Positions 11,783-24,235 of a stretch of DNA of 64,000 bases are shown here, piece by piece; positions within the stretch are counted from its first letter, which is position 1, and each line of letters opens with the position of its first letter. A model generated the notes under the pieces. The model was given only the letters and a program-made list of their open reading frames with translations. It was not told where the DNA came from and searched no databases. The position numbers and the translations under genes were made by a program. The DNA comes from Mobula hypostoma (lineage: Eukaryota), in the NCBI RefSeq assembly GCF_963921235.1, contig NC_086098.1, positions 212,784,001 to 212,848,000 of the forward strand, given 5' to 3'.

Positions 11783-13140
11783 CATGAGGTCCAGGTATGA
11801 TCTCAGGAAAGCCATCTCCTGGGTTGTGGCAATTTATGGACCAAACTTAAATTAACAAGAGATGCTTGACAGTTGTGGCAGGGCTTGAATAACATCAGCT
11901 CTTATAAAGTTAAATCTAGTGACATAGATGACAGCAGTGCTTTGCTTCCAGATGAGCTCAATACCTTCTATGCTCACATTGACCGCCAAAACATGGAGGA
12001 ATTTCTATGATTTCAGTCTCTGAGGCTGACGTGTGAGCATCCTTCAGGAGGGTGAACCCATGAAAATCATCTGGCCCAGATGGGGTACCTGGCCAAGTAC
12101 TAAAGAGCTGTGCTGATCAACTGGCTGCAGTGTTCACCGAGATCTTTAACCTTTGCTTTGGCAGACTGAGGTACCCACCTGGTTCAAGCACGCTTTAATT
12201 ATACCAGTATCCATGAAGAACATGATGACCAGCCTCAATGACTATCACCAAGTAGCACTTACATCCACAGTTTTGAGAGGTTGGTGATGAAACATATCAA
12301 CTCCTGCTTGAGAAGTGTCTTAGATCAGCTCCACAGATCCACAGCAGAAGACATCTCATTGGCTCTTCACTCAACCCTGGAACATCTGGACAGCAAAGAT
12401 GCATCCATCAGGATGCTCTTTATTGACAAAAGCTCAACATTCAATACCATCGTCCCCTCAAAACTAATCAATAAGTGCTGAGACGAATAAGGCCTCAATA
12501 CCACTTGTGCAATTGGATCCTCAATTTCCTCACTTGTATACCTTAGTCAGATCCAATTGGCAGCAACACCTCCTCCACAATCTCCAACAGCACAGGTGCA
12601 CCACAAGGCTGTGTGCTTAGTCCCCTGCTCTACTCACTTTACACTTATGACTGTGTGGCTCAGCACAGCTCTAATGCCATATTCAAATTTGCTGAGACAT
12701 CACTGTTGTAAGCCAAATCAAAAGTGGTGATGAATCAGAGGATAAGAGGTGTTGAGGGTTAGCAACTTTAAATTGCACGGTCTTTTATTTCGGAAGACCT
12801 GTCCAAGGCCCAGAACATAAGTGCAATTACGAAGGCGGTAACTTCACTCAAATTCACTTGCCCCATGATTGAAATTTTCCTACAACTAATGGGTTCACTT
12901 TCAATAACTCCATCTCATGTTCTCGAAATTTATTGCTTATTTATTTATTATCATTATTTCTTTTTCTATTTGCACAGTTTGTTGTCTTCTGCACTCTGGT
13001 TGAACACTCTGTTTGGGTAATCTTTCATTGATTCTGTTATGGTTATTATGTTATAGATTTATTGAATATGTCCATGAGATCTCAGGGTTACATATAGCGA
13101 CATATATGTGCTTTGATAATAAATTTATTTTGAACTTTGA
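11783..13140 (+). mobile_element. Rex1-like LINE, RT and 3' tail; right piece of the interrupted copy
   Basis: [49 protein letters not shown]; ends AATAAA..(TTTGAA)n. Confidence 0.88.
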
Positions 13141-14127
13141 ATATTTGGATTATTGTGAGCAGTTTAGGCTACATATCTAAGAAAGGATGTGCTGGCATTG
13201 AAGAGGGTTCCAGAGGAGGTTTATGAGGGGTGATTGATAAGTTTGTGGCCTAAGGTAGAAGGAGATGAGTTATACAGCTCTCGTTACATGCACATGCAGT
13301 TCAACGCTTTCAGATTCATAAGATCTTCTACCTTAGGCCACAAACTTATCAATCACCCCGATGAGTTATTAACTGAGGAGTTATTAACTTCAAACTTTCT
13401 GCATAATCACTCAAAGAGTTGAACTACATGTGCATGTAACAAGAGCTGTATAACTCATCTTTTTCTATGCTAGGCCACGAACTTATCAATCACCCATGCT
13501 GCGGGCACTTTCTGGAGGTCCAAGATCCGAATGATCCACGACCGCTGGACTAAGTGTGTAAATGTAGGAGTGTAGGAGGGGACTATGTTGAAAAATAAAT
13601 AAGCTAGGTTTTCTAAAATTGACTCCTTTTATCTTAGACCACGAACTTATCAATCACCCCTCGTATAAGAATGCTCCTGGGAATGAAAGGATCAACGTAT
13701 CAGGAGTGTTTGATGGTTCTGGGCCTGTACTCCCTCCTCAGAATAAGGAGGGATGCCATTGAAACCTATCAAATATTGAAATATCTAGATTGAGTAGATA
13801 TGAAGAGGATGTTTTTAATAATGGGAGATTTTAGGAACAGGGACACAGTCTCAGAATACAAGGGCGTTCCTTTAGATCAGAAATGAGGAGGAATTTCTTT
13901 TTTCAGAAGCTGGTGAATATATAGAATTTATCTCCACAGAAGGCTGTGGAGGCCAAGTCATTGGATATATTTAATGCAGAGGTTGATAAGTTCTTGATTA
14001 GTATGGGCGTCAATGGTTATGGGGAAAATGGGGTTGAGAGAGAAAATACATTAGCCATGAACGAAGGGTAGAGCTAACCTGATGGGCCAAATGACCAAAT
14101 TCTCCTTCTATGTCTTATGGTCTTATT
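13141..14127 (+). mobile_element. CR1 3' fragment interrupted by a mariner element
   Basis: Removing 13224-13663 and one TA restores CAGAGGAGGTTTATAAGAATG (QRRFIRM); tail TATGTCTTATGGTCTTAT. Confidence 0.85.
13224..13663. mobile_element. Mariner-derived non-autonomous element, TA duplication
   Basis: TA-TGAGGGGTGATTGATAAGTT ... AACTTATCAATCACCCCTCG-TA; contains the transposase C-terminus IRMIHDRWTKCVNVG..DYVEK*. Confidence 0.88.
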
Positions 14128-15357
14128 GATAGAAATTGTGAGAGAGTTTACAGAAAACATCCCTTAACTGTAGGTCTCACTTTATTGTATCTCTTTCATT
14201 TTAAATTAACGCAGCAGAATGGGGGAAAAGTAATTGAATTCATGCTGTTCTGTGTGAGTAAAAGTTGACACTAGCTAATGTGATAAATAAACTAAACTGT
14301 AAATTATTTTTCACTTACTGTTCCTTAATTACAGCTAATTACGTGATTGTGAACCTTGTAAGTTTGGCAGTATTATGTATTTAAGTAGCGTGTCTTCGCT
14401 CCATCTGTTGAGAAATGTTACTTCAGAGAACAGCACGGTTTCACAGTCAGATTCAGTGAAAGTGAAATTCTAACAACGTATTATGGGGAAAATGAGTAAA
14501 TAACCTGTCGACAACCTGTCATTATGGGAAAGTCTGGAGACTGTCATTAACCCTGCAGTATATTATGAGTCTCTCTCTCTTATTGTCTCATATGCGCCTA
14601 GAAAGGCAATGTAAGCTAATGTATGTGTGTTTGTATGTCTTTGCTGCATTAGTGAGAGGATGAAATGCCTTCACTTTGACAGGATGGCTCAGCTTCACCT
14701 ATTTTGGGAGCACAGTTTCTTGCTGAGTCCACACTTAATTGTTCTGTTTGGTTTATAGCAGGCATTGAGGTTCCGATACAGTAAGTTCTCTCACTCACAT
14801 ACACAGACCCCTGCTGGATAATATATATAATGAACCCATCTGTGAACAAAATATTCCATAGACTCATTGAAATTTATGTATCAAATTTGATTATTTAATC
14901 TGTCTCAAACACATGTGTGGAAAAAGGTTTGAATAATTTTATTTCTTACTTAACAGACTTTCACATTTATTCAGGAATAGAAACCAGAACTACTTTCTAC
15001 ACCCTGCCAAATTGTTAGGCTGCCTCAGGCAAAAATGTGAAAATAATTAAATAATTTGCCAAGGTGCTTGTTTAGATTTCTATGTTTATCACTTATTTGC
15101 TAACATAATTACATTAAAACAGATACGTACAACTTAAAACTTTTGGCCCTGGGAGGAACTGAACTTCAGAGCTGACTGCTGTCAGTGATCATTGCAACCA
15201 AGGCCATATTTCAACACTCAGAACCTCCTTATCCATTGCACCACATTTCATATAAAGGTCACAAAATCATCAGAAGAGCAAGTTATTTAAATATATTTAC
15301 TGGTGTAATACTCATAGCTTCCTGGTTCTTTGTTAACATGGTTTTTCTACGTTCTAC

Positions 15358-16340
15358 AGAGTGACAGGGGCTACCTCACCTTCCACCCCATGTACCTCTA
15401 TATCCAGCACATCATCCTCCGCAACTTCCATCATCTCCAATGTGGATCCTACCACTAGGCACATCTTTCCCTCCTGCACACTCTCCTCTCTCTGTAGGGG
15501 TCACACTCTAAGTGACTCCCTTATCCACTCGTTCCTTCCCACTGATCTCCCTACCTGCTACTTACCTCTGCAAGCGAGACAGGAGTTACACCTGCGCCTG
15601 CAGCTCCTCCCTCATCACCTTTCAGGGCCCCAAACAGTTCTTCCAGGTGAAATGACACTTCCCCTGCTAAGTCTGTCAGGGTTATCTACTGCATCCAGTG
15701 CTCCTGGAGTGGCCACCTCTACATCAATGAGACCGGATGTAGGTGGTGGGATTGCTTTGTGGACCATCTTCGCTCCATCTGCCACTAAAGGCAGGATAAA
15801 AATTCAAACCACCCGTTTGAATTTGATTTCCCGGTCCTATTCTAACATGTCTGCCCATAGCCTCCTCTACTGCCAAAATGAGGCCACATTCAGGTTAGGG
15901 GAGCATCACTTCATATTTCACATGAGTATCCTTGAATCTGATGGCATGAACACCGAGTTCTCCACCTTCCAGTAATTGCCCCCCTTACCCTTCTCTCTTT
16001 TTCCATTCTCCATTTTGGTTAGCCTTTCACTCTCTCTCAACTGTCCACCTCCACTGTTCTCTCCTGTTAGATTCTTCTTCTTCTTCAGCCCTTTGCCTTT
16101 CCCACCTATCACCTCTCAACTTCTCACTTCATCCCCCCTCCTCAACCCACCCACCTGGTGTCACCTGCCAGCTTGTACTCCCTCCCCTCCTCCCACCTTC
16201 TTATTCTGGCTTCTGACCCCTTTCTGTCCTGTCCTGATGAAGTGTCTTGGCCCAAAATATCAACAGTGTACTCCCTCCATAGATGCTGCCTGCCTTGCTG
16301 AGTTCCTCCAGCATTTTGTGTCTGTCTATGATTTCCAGTT
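15358..16340 (+). mobile_element. Penelope-like element 3' part: GIY-YIG endonuclease remnant, pyrimidine tract and pseudo-LTR
   Basis: Mosaic reading CKR..YTC, GPKQFFQV..HFPC, VIYCIQCS..LYINET, RLGEHHFIF..L..DGMNTEFSTF; followed by CTGATGAAG..GGCCC..AGATGCTGCCTG..CTGAGTTCCTCCAGCATTTTGTGT. Confidence 0.8.
16229..16266 (+). ncRNA. Degenerate minimal hammerhead ribozyme motif in the Penelope pseudo-LTR
   Basis: CTGTC-CTGATGA-AGTGTCTTGGCCC-AAAA-TA-TC-AACAG; GAAA box mutated. Confidence 0.55.
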
Positions 16341-16448
16341 GTGTTTGAGAGATAGGAGATGTAGTTTTTCAAATCAAGATATATGAAGTTATTAATAGCG
16401 AAGTGCTTAATAGTTGTAGTGATAGTAACTATTAACCCTTTGCTTTAT

Positions 16449-16532
16449 GGTCTTGGCCCGAAATGTCGACTGTACTTCTTCCTATAGATGCTGCCTGGCC
16501 TGCTGTGTTCCACCAGCATTCTGTGTGTGCTG
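16449..16532 (+). repeat. Partial second Penelope pseudo-LTR/SINE-like copy
   Basis: GGTCTTGGCCCGAAATGTCGACTG..ATAGATGCTGCCTGGCCTGCTG..CCAGCATTCTGTGTG. Confidence 0.8.
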
Positions 16533-16877
16533 CTTGTAAAACCATAGTGTGCTCTTTGTTCTCTGTAAAACGATTGACCTAGATATTATTTGCTGCCAAG
16601 AAAGGTACATAATACTGGAGCTCTGTGTTTCGTGTGAAGGCTTGCCAATGCAGAATCTTTTTGCATGTGAAGTCCAAGGCATTACATAGCAAGCAATGGA
16701 AAGTAGATTGATTAGACAGAAAAGACCCTGGTTGTGAGATTATTAATTGGTCAAACTGCTGTAAAAGTTGAAAGGTTTCTGCTGAGGGCCCAGCCCTCCA
16801 ATTGCCCTGATAGAGGTCCGAGTCCATACACTGTTAAAACTGATACAGATACTCTGACCATTATCAATTCCTCCCAT

Positions 16878-18475
16878 TAAGTTTAAAGTTCAATGTAAAT
16901 TTATTAACATACATACACAACCCCAAAGATTCATTTTCTTGTGGGCAATCACAGTAAATACAGGAAACACAATAAATTCAATGAAAGACCACACCCAGCA
17001 AGACGGACAAAAACCAATGTGCAAATGCAAAAAGAAAGAAAATAAACAAACAAATAAATAAATAAGTGTAAGGGGGTTTCTTCTTTTATGTTACTGCGTA
17101 GGCTAATCAAAATGGCTCCTTTGTTATGTTATAATTAAAATGGCTTTTCTGAAATAACTGCGATGTAAGGAGTTCTCTCTCTCTCTCTGCTTGTTTGGGT
17201 TATATTATTGATAAGAGAGGGAACAAGCCAATTGGGATCGATGTTATTCCTTCTTGTGTGTCTGTAAGCTATTATGTTGCATGGGTTTTGGGAGAGAAGG
17301 CGCGATGGGGACAGAGAGAGTGGACGCGATGCTGTAAGCTGGCCGACAGGACGGACCCCGAGTGGGAATCCAAGGCCCAGGGTCTTCGGCGAGGAGAGGA
17401 GACAAAGATAGACTCATGTGGAGCGTCTGGTCGACCACCGTGGTTGGTCCCAGGCGGCAGGTCGAGGCAGTCAGAGGGGATCGAGTGATGGAAAGAGGAC
17501 CCCATTACTAGAGCTCCAACTGTTGTGCACGAAGTGGTTGAACTGTGATAAATTTGGCACCTTTTACTTTCCTTTTATATTTTATCTCTATTAATTACAT
17601 AGTTCCAGTAAGATATATAAAGTGTAATCATTTACTCGCATATGGTGTATTGTCTGTTATTTGGCGGGGTGGGGTACATCACACAGCATCCACACAAACT
17701 TGATTACCCACTTTGGCAGGGCCGAAGGCTGCGTCCTGTAGACGAAAGCGAGTTGAGCGAGCCTGAGGTGTACTGGGGGCTACATAAGCAATAAATATCG
17801 AGAACATGAAATGAAGAATTCATCAAAGTGAGTGTGTAGGTTGTGGGAACAGTTCAGTGTTGGGGAGAGTGAAGTTGAGTGAAGTTATCTGCTGTGGTTC
17901 AAGAGTTGGTTGAGGGGTAATAACTGTTGAACCTGATGATGCAGGTTCTGTGCCTCCTGTACATTCTTCCTAATGGTAGCAGCGAGAAGAGAGCACGGCC
18001 TAGATGATGAGGGTCCTTAATGATGGATGCTGCCTTCCTGTGCTCTGTGTAGATGTGGTCGAAAGTGGGGAGGGCTTTAACCTTGATGGACTGGGCTATA
18101 TCCACTACTTTTAGTATGCTCTTTCATGCAAGAGCAGTATTGTTTTCATACCAGCCTGTGATGAATCTCGTCAATATACTCTCTGCCACACATCCATAAA
18201 AGTTTGTTAAAGTTTTAAATGACATGCTGAGTCGTTGCAAATTCAAAGAAAGTAGAGGAGCTACCATGCTTTCTTCATAATGGCACTTACATGCTGGACC
18301 CAGGACAGATCCTCTGAAATGATAACACCACGGGATTTAAAATTCCTGACCCTGTCCACCTCTGGTCCTCACGATGAGCAGTGGCTCATGGATCTCTGGA
18401 TTATTCCTCTTGAAGTCAATAATCATCACCTTGGTCTTGCTGACAATGAGTTAGAGGTTGTCCGAGACATTGAGT
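16878..18475 (-). mobile_element. Rex1-like LINE 3' region interrupted by a solo LTR
   Basis: ORF 17899-18105 KAASIIKDPHHLGRALFSLLPLGR; 3' UTR is the reverse complement of 12900-13140. Confidence 0.85.
17067..17784. mobile_element. Solo LTR (718 bp) with 4-bp target duplication
   Basis: TAAG-TGTA...TACA-TAAG; GC- and CpG-richer than its flanks; splits the LINE tail. Confidence 0.8.
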
Positions 18476-18704
18476 GAGTTGGCTCATTATTATCACCAAT
18501 AGCACCCACCCCCCTTGATAAGGCATCTGACCACTGGCCCATTCCTCATTGATACTTCAGACTTGGCTTTTATCCTAGCTGGCACTCTTCCACAGTATTT
18601 TCATCAGACATAGGCATTAGTCATCATTGCAGTAGGCCTACACCTGAGGAAGTTGTTTCTTCTCTAAGCTATATCGTGCTCCTGTAACAATACATCCTTA
18701 AGGT

Positions 18705-19222
18705 TGTTTTAGCTGGGGGTAGTAAATGTTCCCAATGGCGAGTGCCTCAAATAGCCTCTGACATCCAAGTTCAGCTCCTGGCCTTCACGTGTGGCTTAGC
18801 TACTAAGCCGGCGGAACCATTCCTACAGACAGGAGTAGGACAAAAGGTGGGTTACTGGCACCTGAAAACCAATTGCTTTGGGCAGATGGGGCTTGTCAGC
18901 TGTGGTTGCCAGCTCATCTAGGAGAAGGAAATCGCAAACCTCTGCTGCCTTGTGGCTGTTCCCACTCATGGGGAAGGCTTCCAGAGTAAATCCTGAGGGA
19001 AAAATCCAGAAGTAGGAGTCCCAAAAGCAGTCCTACTTTGAGTTCAATGCTGACTGGCAAATCCTGCGATGGTGCTGTTCCTTTGGGTTCATCAGTTGCA
19101 TGGAGAGGGCAAGCTTGCTACATGGGCAACAGCTTGCCCTCCATATTGTACTGCCTAGGCTTGCGTATCTAGACAGCTAGGACAGAATATCTATGGCCAA
19201 CTCTGACTGACAGAGGCCTCAA
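18705..19222 (+). repeat. Interspersed repeat of about 0.5 kb, copy 1 (resembles an RTE 5'-UTR-derived element; family uncertain)
   Basis: Colinear reverse complement of 26125-26690 (CTCAAATAGCCTCTGACA, CCTTCAC.TGTGGCTTAGCTACT, CAGCTCATCTAGGAGAAGGAAA, TAGACAGCT.GGAC). Confidence 0.75.
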
Positions 19223-19988
19223 TCAACCAACAGCACATTGTAAATTCTTGGCCTGATTCAATGTGTTACTTTAACTTTGTAATATGATTCTGCATATTTC
19301 ATCTCCATATTTTCCTTGACTCTCAATAGGACCATAGAGTAAAAGAATTTGGAGCACCCAAAGGCTCCCACTGGGTGTCACATTTCCTCTCCACATCCAT
19401 CCGTCTTTCTTCATGATGAGGATTGATCTCTTTCCTTCATATACACTGCTTCTTTCTTTCCAAAGTTAATCATTGATATTTATTCCTTTTTGCCGTTATC
19501 TTTTTTTTAGTTTTATTGTACTTATTCTCTCTTGCCTTGCTCAGCTATTTCTACTTCCTTGGCATTTGCTTCTGCAGTTTAGATTTGCTCACTGATGCAT
19601 TGTGTGCATATGATTGCAACCATTGTGCTCTACCTGTGATTATATTTCTGGTATGTAGGATTTTCATGTTTGCATTTTAGTTTTCCACATTAAAAATCAA
19701 TTGAACCTCCAGAATCAATAGCAGAATGCTATTAAGCATTGTTTATATTGAGTTAAAATTCACTGGGAATTACTTAGTAAATACACATTCTTTCACTCTA
19801 TTAGAGACTTAGTAATACGTTGGGACTTCCATAAAAACAATAGTCGATATATTGGTTCAGAACGACTGCAAGTTTCAGGGCATCATTTTTGACATCTGTG
19901 ATGTTCAGCTCTCTTTCTAAGTATTGACACAACACATATGGCAGCAGACGGAGAAAACATTAAAGTACAAACCCTGCCTTCAGAAGCC

Positions 19989-20004
19989 GGGGGGGGGGGG
20001 GGGG
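19989..20004 (+). repeat. G16 homopolymer
   Basis: Directly visible. Confidence 0.95.
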
Positions 20005-20444
20005 CGTGCGGGGACACCTTACACAAATTCACAATAAAACCATACTGATTGTATCATAGGGTTAAGTGAAACAAAGCTAATTCTACTTCCTCACAGCTAA
20101 CATACATTTTCTCTGCCCTAAAGCCAGCATCAGCATGGAGCCATAATTCATTACAATTATGCAAATTTGTAGCAGTAAAATATAGACTATTTTGTTGCTA
20201 AGATTTTTATTTAATCAGTTTCAGGATGTGGAAGCTGCCAGCAAGGCCAGCATTTACCGCCCATCCCTACCTGCCCTTGAGTATGCTTCTTGAATCCCCA
20301 GTCCTTCAGCTGCTCCCACGAAACAGTGTTGGGTAGGGAATTTCAGGACTTAGCACCAGTGGTCAATTTATTTCCAAGTCAGAAGAGTGTGTGACTTGAA
20401 GGGGAACCACCATTTGATGTTATTTGCAACTAGCTATAGCTGTT

Positions 20445-20550
20445 GGGAGTCCTGTGGAAGGGTCTCAGCTTGAAACACCAACTGTTTACTCTTTTCCTCA
20501 GATGCTGCCTGGCCTGCTGAGGTCCTCCTGCATTTTGTGTGTGTTGCTTT
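20445..20550 (+). repeat. Penelope pseudo-LTR/SINE-like copy
   Basis: AGTCCTGTGGAAGGGTCTCAGCTTGAAAC..AGATGCTGCCTGGCCTGCTGAG..GCATTTTGTGTGTG. Confidence 0.8.
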
Positions 20551-21067
20551 GTAGTTCTTGTACTTGGTTTTGGAAGTTTGGGCAGTGCTGTTGGGGGACC
20601 CTAGGCAAGCAAATGGTTCAATTTGTATATCGTACATCCTTCCACTATTGGTGGAGGAAGGAGGAAATACAAGATTTTCTGGTCAACAGTGACTCCCCAG
20701 ATATTAATGACAGAGGAATAGAGATCAGTATGCCATTGACCCTCAAGCAGAAGTAGTGATGCTCTACTTTGTTGTACATTGCCACTGCCTCTCTTTTTTG
20801 GTATGTCACTTGTCACTTATCAGCTTATGGCTGAATGATATTTAGACCTTACATTATGCAAGAATGGGCATCTTTAATTGCTGAGGAATTCTGAGTGGAA
20901 TTGTACATTGTACATTGTGCAATCATCAGTGAAGATCCCCCATTCTGATCATTGGATTACAGGAATGTCACTGAAGAATCAATTGAAGACTATTGAAAAC
21001 AGCAATCTGAGATATTGCTGCAATAATGTTTAATCTCTGACAACTACAACCATTTTTTTTTGTAGAT

Positions 21068-21240
21068 TGTATGCCAACAGGGAGCTGGTGGAAGCATATA
21101 CAAAAGCAACATTTAAACAGTATTTGGACAGATATATGAACAGGCAAGAAATGGAAGGATATAGACTATGTGTAGGCGGACATGCAGCACAAAATGGGAT
21201 CAGTGTTGGCACAGACATTACGAACTGTATTATTCTGCGT
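21068..21240 (+). mobile_element. CR1 3' tail fragment
   Basis: ELVEA..TFKQYLDRYMNR motif. Confidence 0.7.
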
Positions 21241-23794
21241 TTTCCTTGATGTCCAGTAAATTCACTTTTACCAGGACACCTTGATACCACAATTAGTCAA
21301 ATGCTGCTTTTATGACAAAGACAGTCATTCTCATCTCACCCTTGGGATTTAGCTCTATGGTTCCTGTTACATAAATTGGGTACCAGTAAGTATGTTATGG
21401 CTTCATAGTATCATTATTGACCCCTTCCATCAGTCTGAAGATTGAGTTTTGATCATTCACCAGAAAAAAATCCATCCCACGTTTTCCAGATAGTCAAGCA
21501 AATGTGGTACTTGTACTTGCTTAGAAGAGCAGATAGTTCTGGAGCATAAGTCTTTAGTTCTACAGCTGGGATTTTCTCTGGTCCTATAACTTTGCTCTCA
21601 GCCATTTCTTGACAACACAGAGTAAATCAAAATGGATGAATTCTGGCTTCTGTAATGATGGGGATCTCAAGAGGTAGTCAAGATGGATCATATGCTTGAC
21701 ATTTCTGCCTGAAAATGCAGAAAGCACGCAGACGAGTAAAAAGCATGTATGTTACAGGTAAAATAGGTTGATAAACTAAAATCAAGGCATAAACATATAT
21801 TTCTTCAAGGCACTATAATAGGATCAAATTCTATTTTTGGCAACAATCCATTGCTTTCTATGGTTTGTAAAAAAAATTAAAAGGATTTATCAGCATTGTA
21901 ACATTGTCAAAGTTACACCAACGTTATTTTTCTGTTTGGTTTCTTCACATAACATGCTGAAAGAATGAACATAATTTTGGTTTCATGGAAATTATCCCAC
22001 AACAACAAATAGAGCAAAATGCTTGACAAGTAGCATGTCTCAGAAAGAATGCTTGCTATTCTTCAGCAAGATGGAAGTGAAAACAAAAATGATGGCTATC
22101 TGACGGCCAACTTTTTCGAACTGATATGCTATCGAGACAACACTGACTGTTAAAGGTCCTTGGCCTAGAAACTCTGTTAAGTTACATAATGACATAGTGT
22201 GTTACATTAGTGTAATTCATCAGAATTCCATTGTACTGTGCAAGCGAGTAGAACACCTTTAGATTCTAGACCCAGGTTCTCGGTGCATCAATTACAGATG
22301 TGCATGGAAGCCAACAGGCATGCACAGTAATGTTAAACAGTGTGAAAGGCTCATTTTTGTACTTCTTATGTAAAACTGTAACGTGAAGGCTAGTTCAGTA
22401 CACACTGCAAAAGGCCTTAACTGTTCGGGATATTTAATGGGAGGCCTGTCTTCACATGAACCACTTTTCTGGAGTACAACATGTTGACATTCTTCCAGGC
22501 ATGTTATTCTTTAGGCTTTCTTATGAATACTTCAATCCCTTGCTGGCCTAGATCGCTTACTGACTGACACTTCCTATTTTCGTCCTCTTGATCTCTCCTC
22601 AAATGGTCTCCAGATCATCTTTATAATTACTGCCTCACCTGACCGACACTCTCTGCTCTCTCTCCCTATGATCATCTGTCCCTTTCCCTGTGAGATACTT
22701 TCTCTATCTCCAGTGGTTCACCCACTGATCTCCACCATCCCATCCTTGTTCCTACCCAACCAACCTCCTCTACAAACTACTCTCTGTAATGGTGGGAGCT
22801 TGTGGATGAAAGGCTTTGTATGAGATCTGGTGAACAAGGCCTGATCTACCTTGAACAATGTTGTAGACATTGTGCACAACAGAATGTCCTCTGGGGTGGG
22901 AGGTGGGACTTCTCACAACAGAGCTATACCCCTATGGCCTCATTATTGTGCCATGCAATCTCTTCACCCATTTCTCTTGTATTTTAGGTCTCTTTCAATA
23001 GTTCCCAGGAAAATGCATTATCTACATGCTAGTATTTATTTTGTGTTAGATACAAGTCCAGGAACAAGAGTGACTAAGCAACTTACAGAGAGTTGCTTCT
23101 GATCATCTGCTTAGATCATCTACATTATATTGAAAAATTATTAGATGTGTCAGCATCCTTCATAAATATGCCCTTCTTAACTTTCAAAGCAATTTACTTT
23201 CCATTCTATATTTTGTAACCATCTGAGCGTGTTTATGGGCCAAATGAAACATCTGTAGTCATGATAAATATCCAGTCACTTACTCCAACCAGTACACCAA
23301 ACTTTAGTTGACTGGTATCTTTACTACCCTGTGGTACTTTACATGATGTAGCAGTATTGAGAATGCCCACAGAATGTCACAAAATCTGACAGATGTCACT
23401 AAAAGGCAGGCAATGAAGCAGACAGTGAACAGCAATTTATCTCAAGTAGTCAGAATTTCAGCAGTTACAGATCCAAAATTAAATTCTAACTGCACACAGA
23501 TTCCACCTCCCCATCTGCTGTGCCCATTTGAATTCCTGTAGCTTTGAACTAAAGTCAAACATTTCTCTTTATAAATATAATACAGTACCAAAAAAGCAGA
23601 CAAATTAAACTGCTGGAAAATGTCAATTATTGCCAAATTCCATACATCCCAGAGATGCTATCAATGGAAATTATATGCTTTTGCTACAAAACAATTTTTG
23701 AACTGAAGTTAACACATTGAACACTGGGCAGCTACTGCAGTTTTCATAATACTTTGTTTTCCAATCTAACATCTGCAAGATCATTCGTGATGAA

Positions 23795-24073
23795 CACACT
23801 CAGCGATCCAGGAACAGCTTCTTCCCCTCTGCCATCCAATTCCTAAATGGACACTGAACCCTTGGACACTACCTCAATTAAAAAAAAATAGTATTTCTGT
23901 TTGTTGCATGATTTTTAATCTATTCAATATACATATACTGTAATTTATTTATTTACTATTATTTTTATTTTATTTTGTGTTTTTTCTTCTAGATTATGTA
24001 TCGCATTGAACTGCTCCTGCTAAGCTAACGAATTTCATGTCACATGCCAGTGATAGTAAATCTGATTCTGATG
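23795..24073 (+). mobile_element. Rex1-like 3' tail
   Basis: RNSFFPSAI-coding sequence and terminal (TCTGAT)n. Confidence 0.75.
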
Positions 24074-24129
24074 AATTCTCATTCCCATTCTTTGTATGCA
24101 TACATCAGAATAGTTGAGTGAAAATCTAA

Positions 24130-24235
24130 CAAAAACTAGAAAATACTGGAAACCTAAGCCTGAAATGTTTGCTCTGTTTTTCTTCCACAGATGCTGCCTG
24201 ACCTACTGAGAATTTTCAGTATTTTCTGTTCTTAT
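24130..24235 (+). repeat. Penelope-derived short repeat, degenerate
   Basis: CCACAGATGCTGCCTGACCTACTGAG..TTTCAGTATTTTCTGTT. Confidence 0.6.

Larger units (their letters stand above)
20205..21710 (-). mobile_element. Old CR1/L2-group LINE fragments, same family as 57455-58500, broken by later insertions
   Basis: GATGTGG..GCCAGCATTTACCGCCCATCCC..TGCCCTTGAG tail and GCAATCATCAGTGAAGATCCCCCATTCTGA match the 57.5-58.3 kb copy. Confidence 0.65.

Noticed and set aside
15361-16386. 204-aa and 136-aa ORFs as host genes
   Set aside because: Mostly off-frame readings of the Penelope remnant and its pyrimidine tract
19989-20014. G-run as a functional G-quadruplex
   Set aside because: Simple homopolymer with no contextual support; its length may be unreliable
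22560-22990. Possible old Penelope fragment
   Set aside because: Too degraded to assign by eye
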